From assembly GCA_000165425.1 (NCBI GenBank), contig CT867997.1:62001-126000 (forward strand): a stretch of DNA of 64,000 nt. The letters are read 5' to 3'. Position 1 is the first letter of the stretch. The number at the start of each line of letters is the position of its first letter. The notes below the pieces were generated by a model, which was given only the letters and a program-made list of their open reading frames with translations, was not told the DNA's origin and made no database searches. The DNA is from Paramecium tetraurelia. Taxonomy: Eukaryota. The position numbers and the translations under genes are program-made. Below, piece after piece: positions 1 to 12,067 of this stretch.

Positions 1-211
1 ATATCGTTAATATTATTTGTGATAATATTTTCGCTACTAAAATGCTTAAGATAACCAATATAATATTGGAGATCAAAATTTTAAATAAATAAATAAAATT
101 TGTAAAATAAATATATCTCTTTGACAAGATTGGTCTGTATTTTATATTATGCAATGATGGTGAAATAACAGTAAAATGATTTTCGATAATAAATTAACAT
201 AAATCTAATAA

Positions 212-1188
212 TCAATTAAATTTTATTGCTTAACTTTTTATCAATTTATTGAAATACTCTTAATTACAGGATGACTGACGTTCCACAGATTTATTATTTT
301 AGACAATTGACAATCTATTGACACTGGGTTGGTTTCTTTTGAATTTGATTAATTTTTTAAAGTCTGCATTTTTTTGTAAGATTGCAGTCATCCTGGAACT
401 TTTTGAAACTCTATTGAGTAAACTTAAAAGCATTGTCAATGTTTCATCCTCACTTAATAATTCTGGATCAAATGTTTTATTTTTTAAAGAGTAAGTTTCT
501 GATTAAAATGTTTCATTTTTGGGTGAAAATAAAGTGAATGTGGCTCTTGTTTTATTAATTTCAGATTCAAGAATTTATATTTTGGATTTTAATTCAGTAA
601 TAGATTCTGACTCTTTTTAGTTACACATTTTATTGAATTTTTTTTTATACTCGTTTTCGAGTGACAAATTTTCTATTATCTATTGTTATTGAATATTGAT
701 TGTCTACAACTGTTAAATCGTCTGGGCATTCATTTATAATTTTTGATTCTTTTCCTGAATTTCATTGGTTAAATTGTCAGTCTGCTTATTCAAAAGTGCA
801 ATTTGATTGATTTAAGATTCGATTTCCCTCCTCTAATGGTCAACCTACTACTGCAACTAGGAAATTTGATGAAGTAGATTCTTTTATTAGGTATGTTTGC
901 TAATCTTCTCCTTATTAAGGAAATCCTGAGGCTCATGTTAATTAAAAGCATTCAGGTATAGATTTGCCTTGGTTTAGATGGCTGTTTATTCTTGAGGTTG
1001 GGTCTTTTTAAAGATTTTCATGACTTAATCCTTAGTGATGGAACTCTCTTTCTTGGTCAATCTTGCTGATTATTAAGATAGCGAAGATACTGTAATATCT
1101 GGGACTGGAATACAATCTATAGCTTTGATCAAATCTCGATTCGACTATTGGGAGTATAAGCGATTGTTACTGTTATATATTCATCCAT
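212..1188 (-). CDS. Hypothetical Gln-rich coiled-coil protein
   Basis: ATG at 1188, a 26-nt intron (gtaacaatcgcttatactcccaatag), then an open code-6 frame MDEYITSNRDLIKAIDCIPVPDITVSSLSQQSARLTKK... to TGA at 212-214. Confidence 0.7.
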
Positions 1189-1211
1189 TGTTAAATTATT
1201 TTAAATTTAAT

Positions 1212-2220
1212 ATGCTTAACGAAAAAGTCATAGGGGAATATGTTTATAAAGTATCTAATGAATGCAAAGTTGGAGTTGGTTAATTCAGCCACTTCTACAA
1301 ACGAGATCATAAGAAGACAAGAAGGAAGTGGTGATTAAGCAGATTCACAAAAAGCAATTACAGCCATTTTTTAACAGATGTTCAGAAACGAAATCATAAT
1401 ATTTAAGCAGCGTAATTATCAGTACATTCACACATATTATTAAACAGCAAACAAATATTATATAATTACTGAATTTTGCGAACAGGTAATGCGCTAATCA
1501 ATAATCTGTAGACATTCTTTAAATAATAAAATAATAAGGTTCTTTGCTTGAAAATACAGTAATCATTTATGTTTTACAAATTGGCGAGGCATTGAAGTAC
1601 GTAAATTCAAAAAGTAAACTTTGACTTTTTAGAGATTGTTCACAGAGATATCAAACCTTCCAATATCCTAATCGATAAAAGAAAGTTAGACTAGCAGATT
1701 TTTTTTGACTTTGCAATCCATTAAGACAGATTTTGAATTGAAGAAAGACAATTCCAGATTGGATCTCCATTTGTATATATATAAAGAAACACTGTTAAAA
1801 AATGAATACAATCATAAAACTAACTTTGGTCCCTTGGTGTACTGTTTTTTGAAATAATTTTTAGTATGCACCCATATGTATTCCAAAAGAATTTTACCCA
1901 TTTATTTAATGGAAATGGATGATTTAGTCAGAAAATTACAAAAAATATCAAAAGGATTATATCTTGATGTTTAAACATCGGTTCTCAGAAGCTTTAACTG
2001 ATACTATTAAAATTTGTTAGCTTACAACCCTACTTATAGATGTGGTATCTAACAAATGGAAATAATATTTAAAAAAATTAAAAAAATAGAGAATTCGGAG
2101 TTAATAGCCTTCATGCTTAAAAACGGGATTACTACAGATAAAAGAAAATAAACCAAGCCTAATTTAAGTTAGAAGATAGAAGTAAAGTCACAATTTTAAA
2201 AAGGAATTAATTATAGTTGA
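1212..2220 (+). pseudogene. Degenerate Ser/Thr protein kinase
   Basis: Kinase motifs (GVGQFS, EVVIKQI, VHRDIKPSNILI, LADF, WSLGVLFFEIIF) lie in different frames. TGA at 1332-1334 in the ATG frame and a corrupted DFG. The 3' end is approximate. Confidence 0.75.
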
Positions 2221-2593
2221 TTTTTTTTGCTTAAAGCCTTGATAAATTACATATTTCCTTTCTCTCTGAAAAATAAAATTCAGAAGTAAAATATTTAGAA
2301 AATTATATTTATTTAATTAAAATTCTAATACATTTTAGAAAAATAATTCAAAGATTGAAACAATGTAAAAATTTATTCAAAAAAAATAAATATCTATATT
2401 ACATTACAAATTTATATTTAATTATTAGTTGACAAATTTCATTCTTAAAAGATTATGTGAGTTGTCACTATTAGAATTTACATCAACACCAAATCTCTAT
2501 CTAGTTTGTTTTTTCTTAATAAAAATGATACTTTTTAAGTTTTTCGTAAAAACCTAAAAAAAGTAATAGAAATTCATAACTATTTAAAAAAAA

Positions 2594-4268
2594 ATGAATT
2601 GTGAAAAAGAGTAAGATGAAGATTTGTATGGGTTTTTGGCTTTATTTAAAGATGTTGATGAAATAATCTTCCCTATCATAAGTAAATAATTAAAAAGAAA
2701 GAAAATTTAAGACTGTTTTGAATTTCTCTAACAATAGGAAAATCAATGTATTGTAGGTATAGAAAGTTAAAAGATAAAAAATTTATCTCTGCCTGATAAA
2801 GAATTCATTGCTGAAAAAAAGGACATTAAGAAAATAATTGAAGTTCTCAAAAAAATTAAGGATCACTAATTTAATAATAAAATTTCTCTATTGACGAATA
2901 TGAAGAAATTAAGAAGGATCTGATCATAAAATATCATGGGATAAGAAAATTATAGAATTTCTAAAATTTTTAGTTTAACTCACTGCATTAGATGAGAGAT
3001 ATATTTAGTGTGGATCTAATGCTCTTCACCTACTGGTCTTAATGAAAATTAGTTTTAAGGAATAATGTTTTGAGAATATTAGAATTAGAAATACTTCGTT
3101 AATAGGAGCAAATATGATAAGATGCGACTTAAGCGGATCTGAATTTGAAAATGTCATTATTAGTGGTATAAATTTGAATTAAGCCAAATTATTAAATTGT
3201 AAGTGAAGGAGTTTAGGTATAAATGAGGGAATGTAGTTAAATGGTCACAGTGGTAGACTCAAATAAATTTTCTTTTCTCTAGATGGCAAGTCATTAGCTT
3301 CCTGTAGTGTTGGTAAAGCACTGTATTTATGGGATGTTAAAACCAGAAAAATAAAGTTTAATAAAAAAGTGACGAATGTAGATTCTTTTTGTTTATCACC
3401 GAATGGTACTACATTAGCTTCTAGTTGCAACAATTTGGCTTATTTATGGAATCTTAAGACAGGAAAAAAAATATGTAATTTAATTGGCCATAAAGATACT
3501 ATTAGTTAAGTATGGTTCTCTCCAAATGGTACTCTATTAGCATCTGGTAGTTGGAATGGGTCTGTCCGTTTATGGGATGTTAAGAAAAGTTAATCGAAAG
3601 CCAATTTAGATGGTGATAGTGAATGTGATAAATCAATCTGTTTCTCTCCTGATGATACTTCATTAGCATTTCATAGCTCAGATAACTCAATAGTTTTATG
3701 GGATGTTAAGACTTAATCAAAGCTAAATTATATGGACATACTAGTAAGATTGAATCATTCTGTTTCTCTCCTGATAGTACTAGATTAGCATCTTGTAGTA
3801 ATGATAAGTCTATCCGTTTATGGGATGTTAAAACAGGATAATAAAAAGCCAAATTAGATGGTCATTCATCAACAGTTTATTCAGTCAATTTCTCTCCTGA
3901 TGGAACCAAATTAGCATTAAGCAGCAGTAAAGATAACTTCATCATTTTATATTCATTAGATGTATAGACAAGAGATTAAAAATTTTTATATGCTTATAAT
4001 GCTTAAGATTCGGATCTTTAGAAAGGTATTTTAACATACTTTGAACCTTTGAAATTTACAAATAATGCTAATCCAGAATTTGGTAATTTTTTCCACTACA
4101 TAAAATATTCCAATTTTAACAATTTCTTAAAATCCAAAGTTAGAAGCATATGGAACCCTAATCCTGAAAGGCGAATTTATGGATTAAGAAGGATGTGATT
4201 TGCGTTCATTTTTTAAATCTAAGGGTTGTTGTAGTTTGGAAATCTATTTAAAATCTTCATAAAAGTGA
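2594..4268 (+). pseudogene. WD40-repeat/pentapeptide-repeat protein of the expanded Paramecium family, disrupted
   Basis: IQCGSNALHLL...NTSLIGANMIRCDLSGSEFENV..NLNQAKL region, then WD40 units such as WDVKTGQQKAKLDGHSSTVYSVNFSPDGT. Frameshift near 2930, in-frame TGA at 3204-3206 (CK*R where W is expected), frameshift near 3715. Confidence 0.8.
3240..3920 (+). repeat. Tandem WD40-coding repeats, about 126 bp per unit
   Basis: Trp codons of the WD/WN motif at 3330, 3447, 3573, 3699 and 3821 (spacings 117, 126, 126, 122). Confidence 0.8.
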
Positions 4269-5331
4269 GATTTATTAAGTTTAAAAGAATATTGTTACGT
4301 ATTTTGTTTTTGCTATCAGATCTTGCAAAGCAGATCCAAAATTTTAATTTTTAATCTTTAATCTGGCTTTTCCAAAATCAATTTCCTGATTGACCTGTTT
4401 CTCACTTCTACAATCTAAAGAACCAATTGATAGAGTCTCCATGTATTTGTTGTCTTTTCTTCGAAATTTTATGACACTTCTATACTGATATCTCAATAAA
4501 TTATTATTTGTTGGTTATTAAATTCATACAATAAATATCTTTAAAAGGCAATAAATTTTTGTTCTACATTCCATTAATACCATTTTTAATAAAATTTCTT
4601 TACCTAAATCTCTCTTAGTTGTATATATTTACACATTCCATAATCTAAATTATTTCAAGTTACTAAATTGTTTTGATAATTAAGCTATCAATTTTGATGA
4701 TAAGATTAATAAGCTTCAAAAAGAGAGGAAAATCCAGAAACAAGTAGAAATGATAATTGAACAGCTAATGCTGTATCTATTATAATAATAAATGATTATA
4801 ATCCTTAAAATAACGAAATAACAAAAGGGAATGAATAATAAAGATTTCGTAGCCTTTCTAATTAAGAAATTAGAATAAACACAACGAAAAGATGCTATTT
4901 AAAATAAGTTAATTAACGACTGTTAATTTTTGTTAACATGATTTTTAAAAGTACAGTAATAAAAAATACAAATATTTTGATTTATATTTACAATTTTACT
5001 TATTTTTGATTTAAAAGTTATCATCTAAAAAACTTATAATAATTTGAAATCCTCATCAACACCATGGGAAAGATCAGTAAATACTCAAAAATTTGAAAAT
5101 CCAACCAACAAATATTTGAATATATCTCCATATGTAAAAGATGATGGATGTAAACAAACAAATTTTTAACTTTTGTATTTTTCATTACATTGCTTTTAAA
5201 TTTTGTTTAGATAATTTCTCAAATGTTAATTTGGGAATCTTAAGTATATTGTTAAAAAAATTAATATATGGAGTAGTTAGTTATACTTATAAATCTAAAT
5301 CTATTAGCTTTGTTTAAAATATATTTAAAAT

Positions 5332-7149
5332 TCATTCTACTAATGATAACTCAAAAAGGATTTATGAAAGCAAAGGAGTGACAGTTTCATCAGATGCAGC
5401 CACCAAAAATAATTCCCTAATTTAGATATATTATGATAATTACTTTTCAAAAATAAGCAAATATTATTTTGCCGCTGGAGCCTATGATATATTATTGAGA
5501 GTGATAGCAGCTAATTTGACGTGTTTTTCATTGATTTTATCTTGATTAGTTCTTTGATCTTATTATTTCAGAGAGTTGTTCTTAATTTACCCTATGCTCA
5601 AAATAGCAACAAGCCTTTATAATATTTTAGGATGCTTAGCTATGGATAACCTGGTTGCCATTTTTAAATCACTTAAGTAACAGAAGAACTCCAAAACAAT
5701 TTCTCTTAATTCTTAATTCTAATATATTAGTAATCTTGCTAATTAATCTATATATTCTCCAATGGCTCCTTCAATTATGGCTTCGTTATCTGAGATAGAT
5801 ATCATATTTCTGAGAGTTTCTGTGACTAACCCTATATCCTCATATGATTCGCCATTAAGAATTTCGATTAGTTTTTACATAAAGTTATCCATATAGACTG
5901 ATTGCTTTAGGTATATGTGTTTTGATAAGACTGAGAATATTTCTAATGCTGATTTAGATAATTCTTAATCTGCTCCAGACAAAAGAATTTAATAAAAAAA
6001 GGATAGTAACTTATCTTATTTCATAAAGCAAGCTTCATTAGCTCTAATCATAGCTAAATTTCTTAGAGCTACAAATAAAGTTCTCAATTTTTCCAAATGT
6101 TTACACTCTGCTTTTTTTTCATAATTCCCTTAAATCAAATCTATGTATTTTTTCTAATAGATCAACTCACTTGGCTTAGCCAATTCAGTTGTTTGATCAT
6201 TCATGATGACTGATATATGAGAATTATAGTTTTCTAATACATTTTGATTTTTGATTAAATCGGTTTGAACTTGCATAGATTTTCGCTATTATTATCCTAG
6301 ATTTTCCAATTATTGTTATCCTACTGTTTAAAGACAAGTTTTATAAGAGTAAGATTTATTGAGGTAACTAATTTATTTAATAGTATCTTCAATATACGAA
6401 GTAATAGTATCAAGTAATTGTGGATACTAGTCTATGAGAAAGCTTTACTAAAATGATGAACATAAATAGTTATACTGAGTAATTGCAAGAATACATCAAT
6501 AAATTATTGATGGCGAATGTGAGTTCATCATCAATTCTACTTTCAAAAGCAAGCATAATTCTTTTAACTTCGCTTGCCTATGCTTAGATTTTAGATTTCT
6601 TGATAAAAAGTATAGTTTCTGCTTTTTCCACCTTTGAATAATTTTAATTCAAAAGAGTACTCAGAGGTTATCCACTAAATTCCATTTGATGCTGTCTATC
6701 CTCAGCTTCTACCCTGTAAAATATATATTATTATTACGCATAACTTGCCTATTGATTTTCTTCTTCAAAGCCTATTTTAGTCTTCTTTCTATTCGAGCTC
6801 ATTTCTTCATCGTATATGTAACCATCCTCTTTTCCAAAGAAATATTTTTATTCATATGCCAATAACAATTTTTGATAATGGTTCCTCAAGGTGAATGAGG
6901 CTGAAGTACAAGTGGCTGGAAACGAGAATTGATCTACGATTTCCTTTTCAGTTCAAATTTAAATTTTACTTTCCATAATTTATTTGCTGATACAACCTTT
7001 AAACCTCCTCTTTTGGTGACTGCCTTGTAGAGCTTGAAAACCTCCAATTCTCTACCACCAATTTGAGGTATTTTAATAGTTACACCTCTTTATTCCCAAA
7101 ATTTTTGCAATTATTATATGAATACTTTCTCTTCTTCCCTCTCGTCCAT
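5332..7149 (-). CDS. ARID/BRIGHT-domain chromatin-remodelling subunit with ARM-like C-terminus (ARID2/Rsc9/Swi1-like)
   Basis: MDEREEEKVFIQQLQKFWEQRGVTIKIPQIGGRELEVFKLYKAVTKRGGLKVVSANKLWKEIVDQFSFPATCTSASFTLRNHYQKLLLAYE is an ARID domain. It is followed by RIMLAFESRIDDELTFAINNLL. Four short introns, frame intact. Confidence 0.85.
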
Positions 7150-7347
7150 CTATTATTATACTTAATATAAAATTATATATATTTTATAAATATTGATTGC
7201 AAATCCATCTCAAGTTCATAAATATGCTTAACGCAACTTATCTCGCTCTCTTGTCTACAAAATCATCGCGATAAAGTAATGTTAATAATAAAAATACTAA
7301 TTAAATACACATTAATTTTTAACCGAAAAATAAATAAACAATATTAT

Positions 7348-10171
7348 ATGAAAAGTGTTCAAAAACCCACTCAAGTCTCCTTAATAGTAGTCCTCTGTTC
7401 AAAAGGATGTAGCAAATTTTTCAATGCAATCTCCAGATAAACAAATCTATTATCCTAAAACATCATCACAAGCTAAAATTTTAACATATGGTCCTTCGCC
7501 CTATAAGTAATCTCCCCTGTTCGATGGTAAATATGCGAACTAAATTAATGCTGCTATTTAACCCTCCCCCAACAAAAATTAGAGAATTCCTATTAATATA
7601 ATTAAATACTAAGACCTTAAGCTAAAATTGCGATGTACTAAAACCACACAATTCCCAAGAATTAGTGGAATCTTAGAATGAACTGAAATCACACTATGAA
7701 ACATGCAAGTATGAATACTAGAAAACTTATGCTGGAAACGTTTAAAGTGATAGCAATAAAGATACTGCTTCTGAAAGAAGAAGTAACACTCTCAGAAAGG
7801 ATGGAACTGCTTAGGAGAGCAAAGAAAATTATGGGTTTTCAACCAAAACTTCAATTACAGATTATCACATAACAGTGGGAAATAGTAGGCTATAATCTCA
7901 AAATAATGTATTCTTATAATAGAAACCAAAAATATCAATAGAAATATCTAAAATTTCTGGACAATTGCGAGATTTGATGTCTAGTGTTTAAAGATTTGTC
8001 ACTGATGGAAGACTACCTGATAATATCAATGATAAAATGATTGACATATTAGCTACTTTTAGAAAAGTTGAAGAACTATCTATTGCAGATCCTAATGAGA
8101 ATGATTCAAAAACATTAAATATGGCTGAAGATTATAATAAATTAAAAGCAATTCTCGAATAGTTATAATCTAAAATGACTGCTTTGGTCTAGGAAAACCA
8201 GAAAGTAATCAATTATATTAATTCATATAGCTAAACAAAAATTTAGTAGAGAAAGAACGAAGGTTAATGAAGAATAAAGGAAGAGAGAGTAAGCAGAAGA
8301 TAAATCAAATTAAACAAACAAGGAATTCAATAGAGTATTCGAATGTTTATAAATAAATTAAGAGGAAAATGAAGAACTCAAGATGAAATTATAATAGGCA
8401 GATTCCTTTAAAGGTGCAAAAACTCATCAAAATAAAATCAATAATAATGAAATTTAGGATTATAAATTACAGAATATTTAATTATAAAAGGAACTTGATG
8501 TGTTAGAAAGTAAGTATAAGTAGTTGTTATCTGAAAAAGCAACTTAAAAATTTATACCAAAGTGTCCCTTGATATTGAAATCAATTCATTCAAGTACTTC
8601 AAATTAATCAGAATAGTTAGAGCTCAAATTATTATAGTTGCAAATTGAAAATGATAATCTAAAAGCCTAAATGGCTCATAATTAGGTTGATTCTAAGGCA
8701 ATTGACAATAAAAATGAAATGATTTAAAGACTGGATGACAAAATTAAGTCACTTTTGAAGGAAAAAGCAATTTCAGAGGAGTAATCTGTTTAAGTTTGCA
8801 ACAACTTGGAATCTTAAATGAATAGTTAAAGAATGCTTTTTCAGTTAAGGATAAGGAAGTTGTCATTCTATAAAAATAAAGAAATGAGGTTGAAAGAGAA
8901 TCAAAAGGAGAGATTAATAGTTATATTCAGCAATTAAAAGTGTTAGAGGATAAATTGCAAACATCCAAATAAGAGAATCAAAATCTGTTTGATGAATTTA
9001 AACCAATGGACATAAGAAAGAATAAAGTATAGGAGGAGTTGAAAATGAAATAAAAGAAACCTGAGTAGTTGAGCCAAGAATTATAATTTTAGAAATAAGA
9101 ATCTAAAAAGGTTATGGATAAACGTTAAACCTTGTAGTAAAAATGCGATTAAATGAACTAATAATTATAATAATAGACCTCGATATAGTAGTAATTACTT
9201 CAATAAATAGATGGGTTAAAGTAAACTGAAAATGCTTTCAAGTTAGAATGTGATAGATTGAATAACATGTATAAAGCAACTAAATAGGAAATGAAGTATC
9301 AAGTTACAGAATTGAATGAAATGATTTAATTATAGGGGAGAAGAACTCAAGAGAAAGAGAGATAATTAAATGAATTAATTGAAGAAATGGGTGACATGAA
9401 AGATTAATATGAAGTATAAAAGAAAGTTTGTTAAGAAATCATTAATGATTTAGAAAGAAAGAATTCAAAACTCTAAAATGAAGAATTTTTGTAAATAAAG
9501 GAGTAAGAAATTATTGGTTTTAAATTAATAATGGAATAATAATTAAAAATGCTAGATAAAAGAAATGCATTATCATCTTATGATTTTGATTAAAGAGAGT
9601 AATAACTTTAAGTTGAAATTCAAAGTAAAAATGAATAAATAAATGATTTGAAGTTAGAAATAGAAAAAATTAGAAGCCATAATTTCAATACTTAAGAAGA
9701 ACTATTAAGAAATGGAATTTTATAAAATCAAAATTAAGCTATTATAACTAATTTGAAGAATGAATTAAACCAATCAAAATAAGAATAATAGGACTTAAAT
9801 GAAATGTTAAATAAAAGAAAAGAAGAAACAGACTAACTACATTTGAGTTTAGAAGGATTGAGAAAAGATTAATAAAACAAAAAGTTACAATAAGAGGATA
9901 GTAGAAGTAATTAATAATCTGATTATAGTTAGAATCTGTATTGAGATAACAAGACCTATAAATTTCACTTGAAAATCTTTAAAGAGACAATCTGAATCTT
10001 TAGTAGAAAGTCAATGCTTTATAAATTGAAAATACTCGAAAACATAGAGATCTGAATAAGAAGAATGATGAATACTTAAACATCAAAAGAAAATATGACG
10101 AAACAGTCTAGAATTTAGATAGATTAGAAAGGCGATAGGGTGAAAAGATTGATTAACACAGAAGAACTTGA
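7348..10171 (+). pseudogene. Large coiled-coil protein gene with apparent frameshifts (pseudogene or assembly errors)
   Basis: Long E/Q/K-rich coiled-coil frames with short introns, but frame changes not explained by GT..AG introns near 7350-7370, about 7600, about 8265 and about 8795. Ends at TGA 10169-10171. Confidence 0.6.
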
Positions 10172-10394
10172 ATTATATTAGTTTTAATTATATATCAAAT
10201 TTCTAGTTTTTTAAATATTTCTGAAATATTTTTTTGATTATAGGATAATGGAAATGACCAATTTTTCAAATCTAATTACATCATTTTTAATTGTTATTGA
10301 AAATTTCTATCACTAATTTGATTTAAAGAATGCCTATTTGGATTATTGATTAAGCAATTAAGAGTTATTATTTAAAAATTTAATTAACTATATA

Positions 10395-10878
10395 ATGGAA
10401 AAGGAGTAAACCTTTGTTTTAATAAAACCTGATGGAGTTTAGAGAAGAATCATAGGGAGAATAATCTAGAGATTTGAAGATAAGGGATTTTCAATGGTTG
10501 CCATGAAAATGCTAATACCAAATTAAGAATTACTATAGAAGCATTATGAGGAGCTCATGTTCAAGCCTTTCTTTCCGTGCTTGATCTGCTATATGCTATC
10601 AGGACCGGTTATCGCTATGATATGGCAAGGCAAAGATGGTATTCAATAATTTAAATTAATTAGTTGTTAGATAAATTCGTTCTATGCTTGGAGAAGGCAG
10701 AAACCCTATTGAATAGAAACCAGGCACAATTAGAGCTGATTATGCACTTGAACTTTAGAGAAATTTAATTCATGGTAGTGATTCTTGTGAGTCAGCTTAA
10801 AAAGAGATTAATTTATGGTTTAATTAAAAGGAAATCGTGGATTGGAAGCCTTCAGATTTAAATTGGGTGTGTGAATGA
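10395..10878 (+). CDS. NDK: Nucleoside diphosphate kinase
   Basis: [32 protein letters not shown]...PGTIRADY..RNLIHGSDS with the catalytic His; one 25-nt intron. Confidence 0.95.
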
Positions 10879-10915
10879 TTACTTTAAAACACTTTCATTT
10901 TTAATATTATCAAAA

Positions 10916-11645
10916 ATGCAAAAATCTTAACTGATTAGAGTATTGAGTGATTCTAACAAATCCCCAAATCCTTTTTCGATGTTTAGACAATTAAGTCAAG
11001 AGACCCCAACAAATCAAGGAAATAGTTAATCTATGACAACCGATAGAGAAATAGCCCGTTTGACTAGATTAGTTGGTTCATTAAAAAAAGAAAATGAATC
11101 ATTATAAATACAAATTAAACATCTTGAATAGATGGATTACAAAGGAATTATTTAGACTTTAGAATAAAAAAATAAATAGTTAGAATCACAAGTAGAAACT
11201 TTTAAAAAATTACCCATTGAAAAGATCGAAACCTTAATTGATGACAATGAAAGATTAACTAGTATTGTTGAAACTTAATCGACCAAAATTAAATCACTTT
11301 TGACTTAAATTGATGATTTGAAAGACTCATCATTTTAAAATGAAGGGAAAAATGAAATCATCATATCCATGATATAAGTAAGATATCCTTTTAAAATTAA
11401 AGGAACTCGAAAATTAGAAACTGTATGTCTAAGATGAACACAAGAAGTACCAGATTTTGAATAAGGAAAAACAAACACTTTACATTGAGTTACAAATGGC
11501 GAAACAATAGATTAAAGAACTAAATCAAACTATAGAAAAAATAAAGATGATAAATTTGGAAAGCAGTGAACCCAGTGACTTACTTCATTAGGATTATCTT
11601 AAAAGCAATGAGACAGTATAAACTTTCTTAAAAAATTAATATTGA
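10916..11645 (+). CDS. Hypothetical coiled-coil protein
   Basis: Code-6 ORF MQKSQLIRVLSDSNKSPNPFSMF... with one short intron and TGA at 11643-11645. Confidence 0.7.
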
Positions 11646-12067
11646 TTCATCAATTTTATCAAAAATTTATCATAATTACAGATAATTCTGCTAAAAATAT
11701 TGAATTATAATTTATTATTGATTAAGAAATTAAGCTTAAAAATTCAGGATAAAATCTACAAATAAATTTGCTATTTTTAGAGAATCTTACATTAAAAAAT
11801 ATAGCATAAAGGATGAATAATATAATATTATATTTATCTAAATTAAAAAATAGTATTTAATAAAAAAAGGGTAATACTAGAGGATAAATTGGAAAGATCA
11901 AATTAAATATAAATTACTAATCTTTATTTTACTCTTAAAATGAAGCAGAATTATTGATACATTTGTAAAAATGTTAATAAGTTCCAAACATAAAAAATAA
12001 ATTGCTATTCACTTATCATCATTAATAATAATCAAATACCATTTGAAATAAATAATTACACTTAAAA

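Noticed and set aside
3204..3206. TGA at a conserved Trp position as possible TGA=Trp recoding
   Set aside because: The same gene has frameshifts and all intact genes use TGA as stop, so a nonsense mutation is simpler
4300..5300. Short coding-like fragments on both strands
   Set aside because: They are interrupted by TGAs with no identifiable homology
1212..10171. Retained germline IESs as the cause of the broken frames
   Set aside because: The lesions I could resolve are 1-4 nt indels or point changes, not TA-bounded insertions of 26 bp or more
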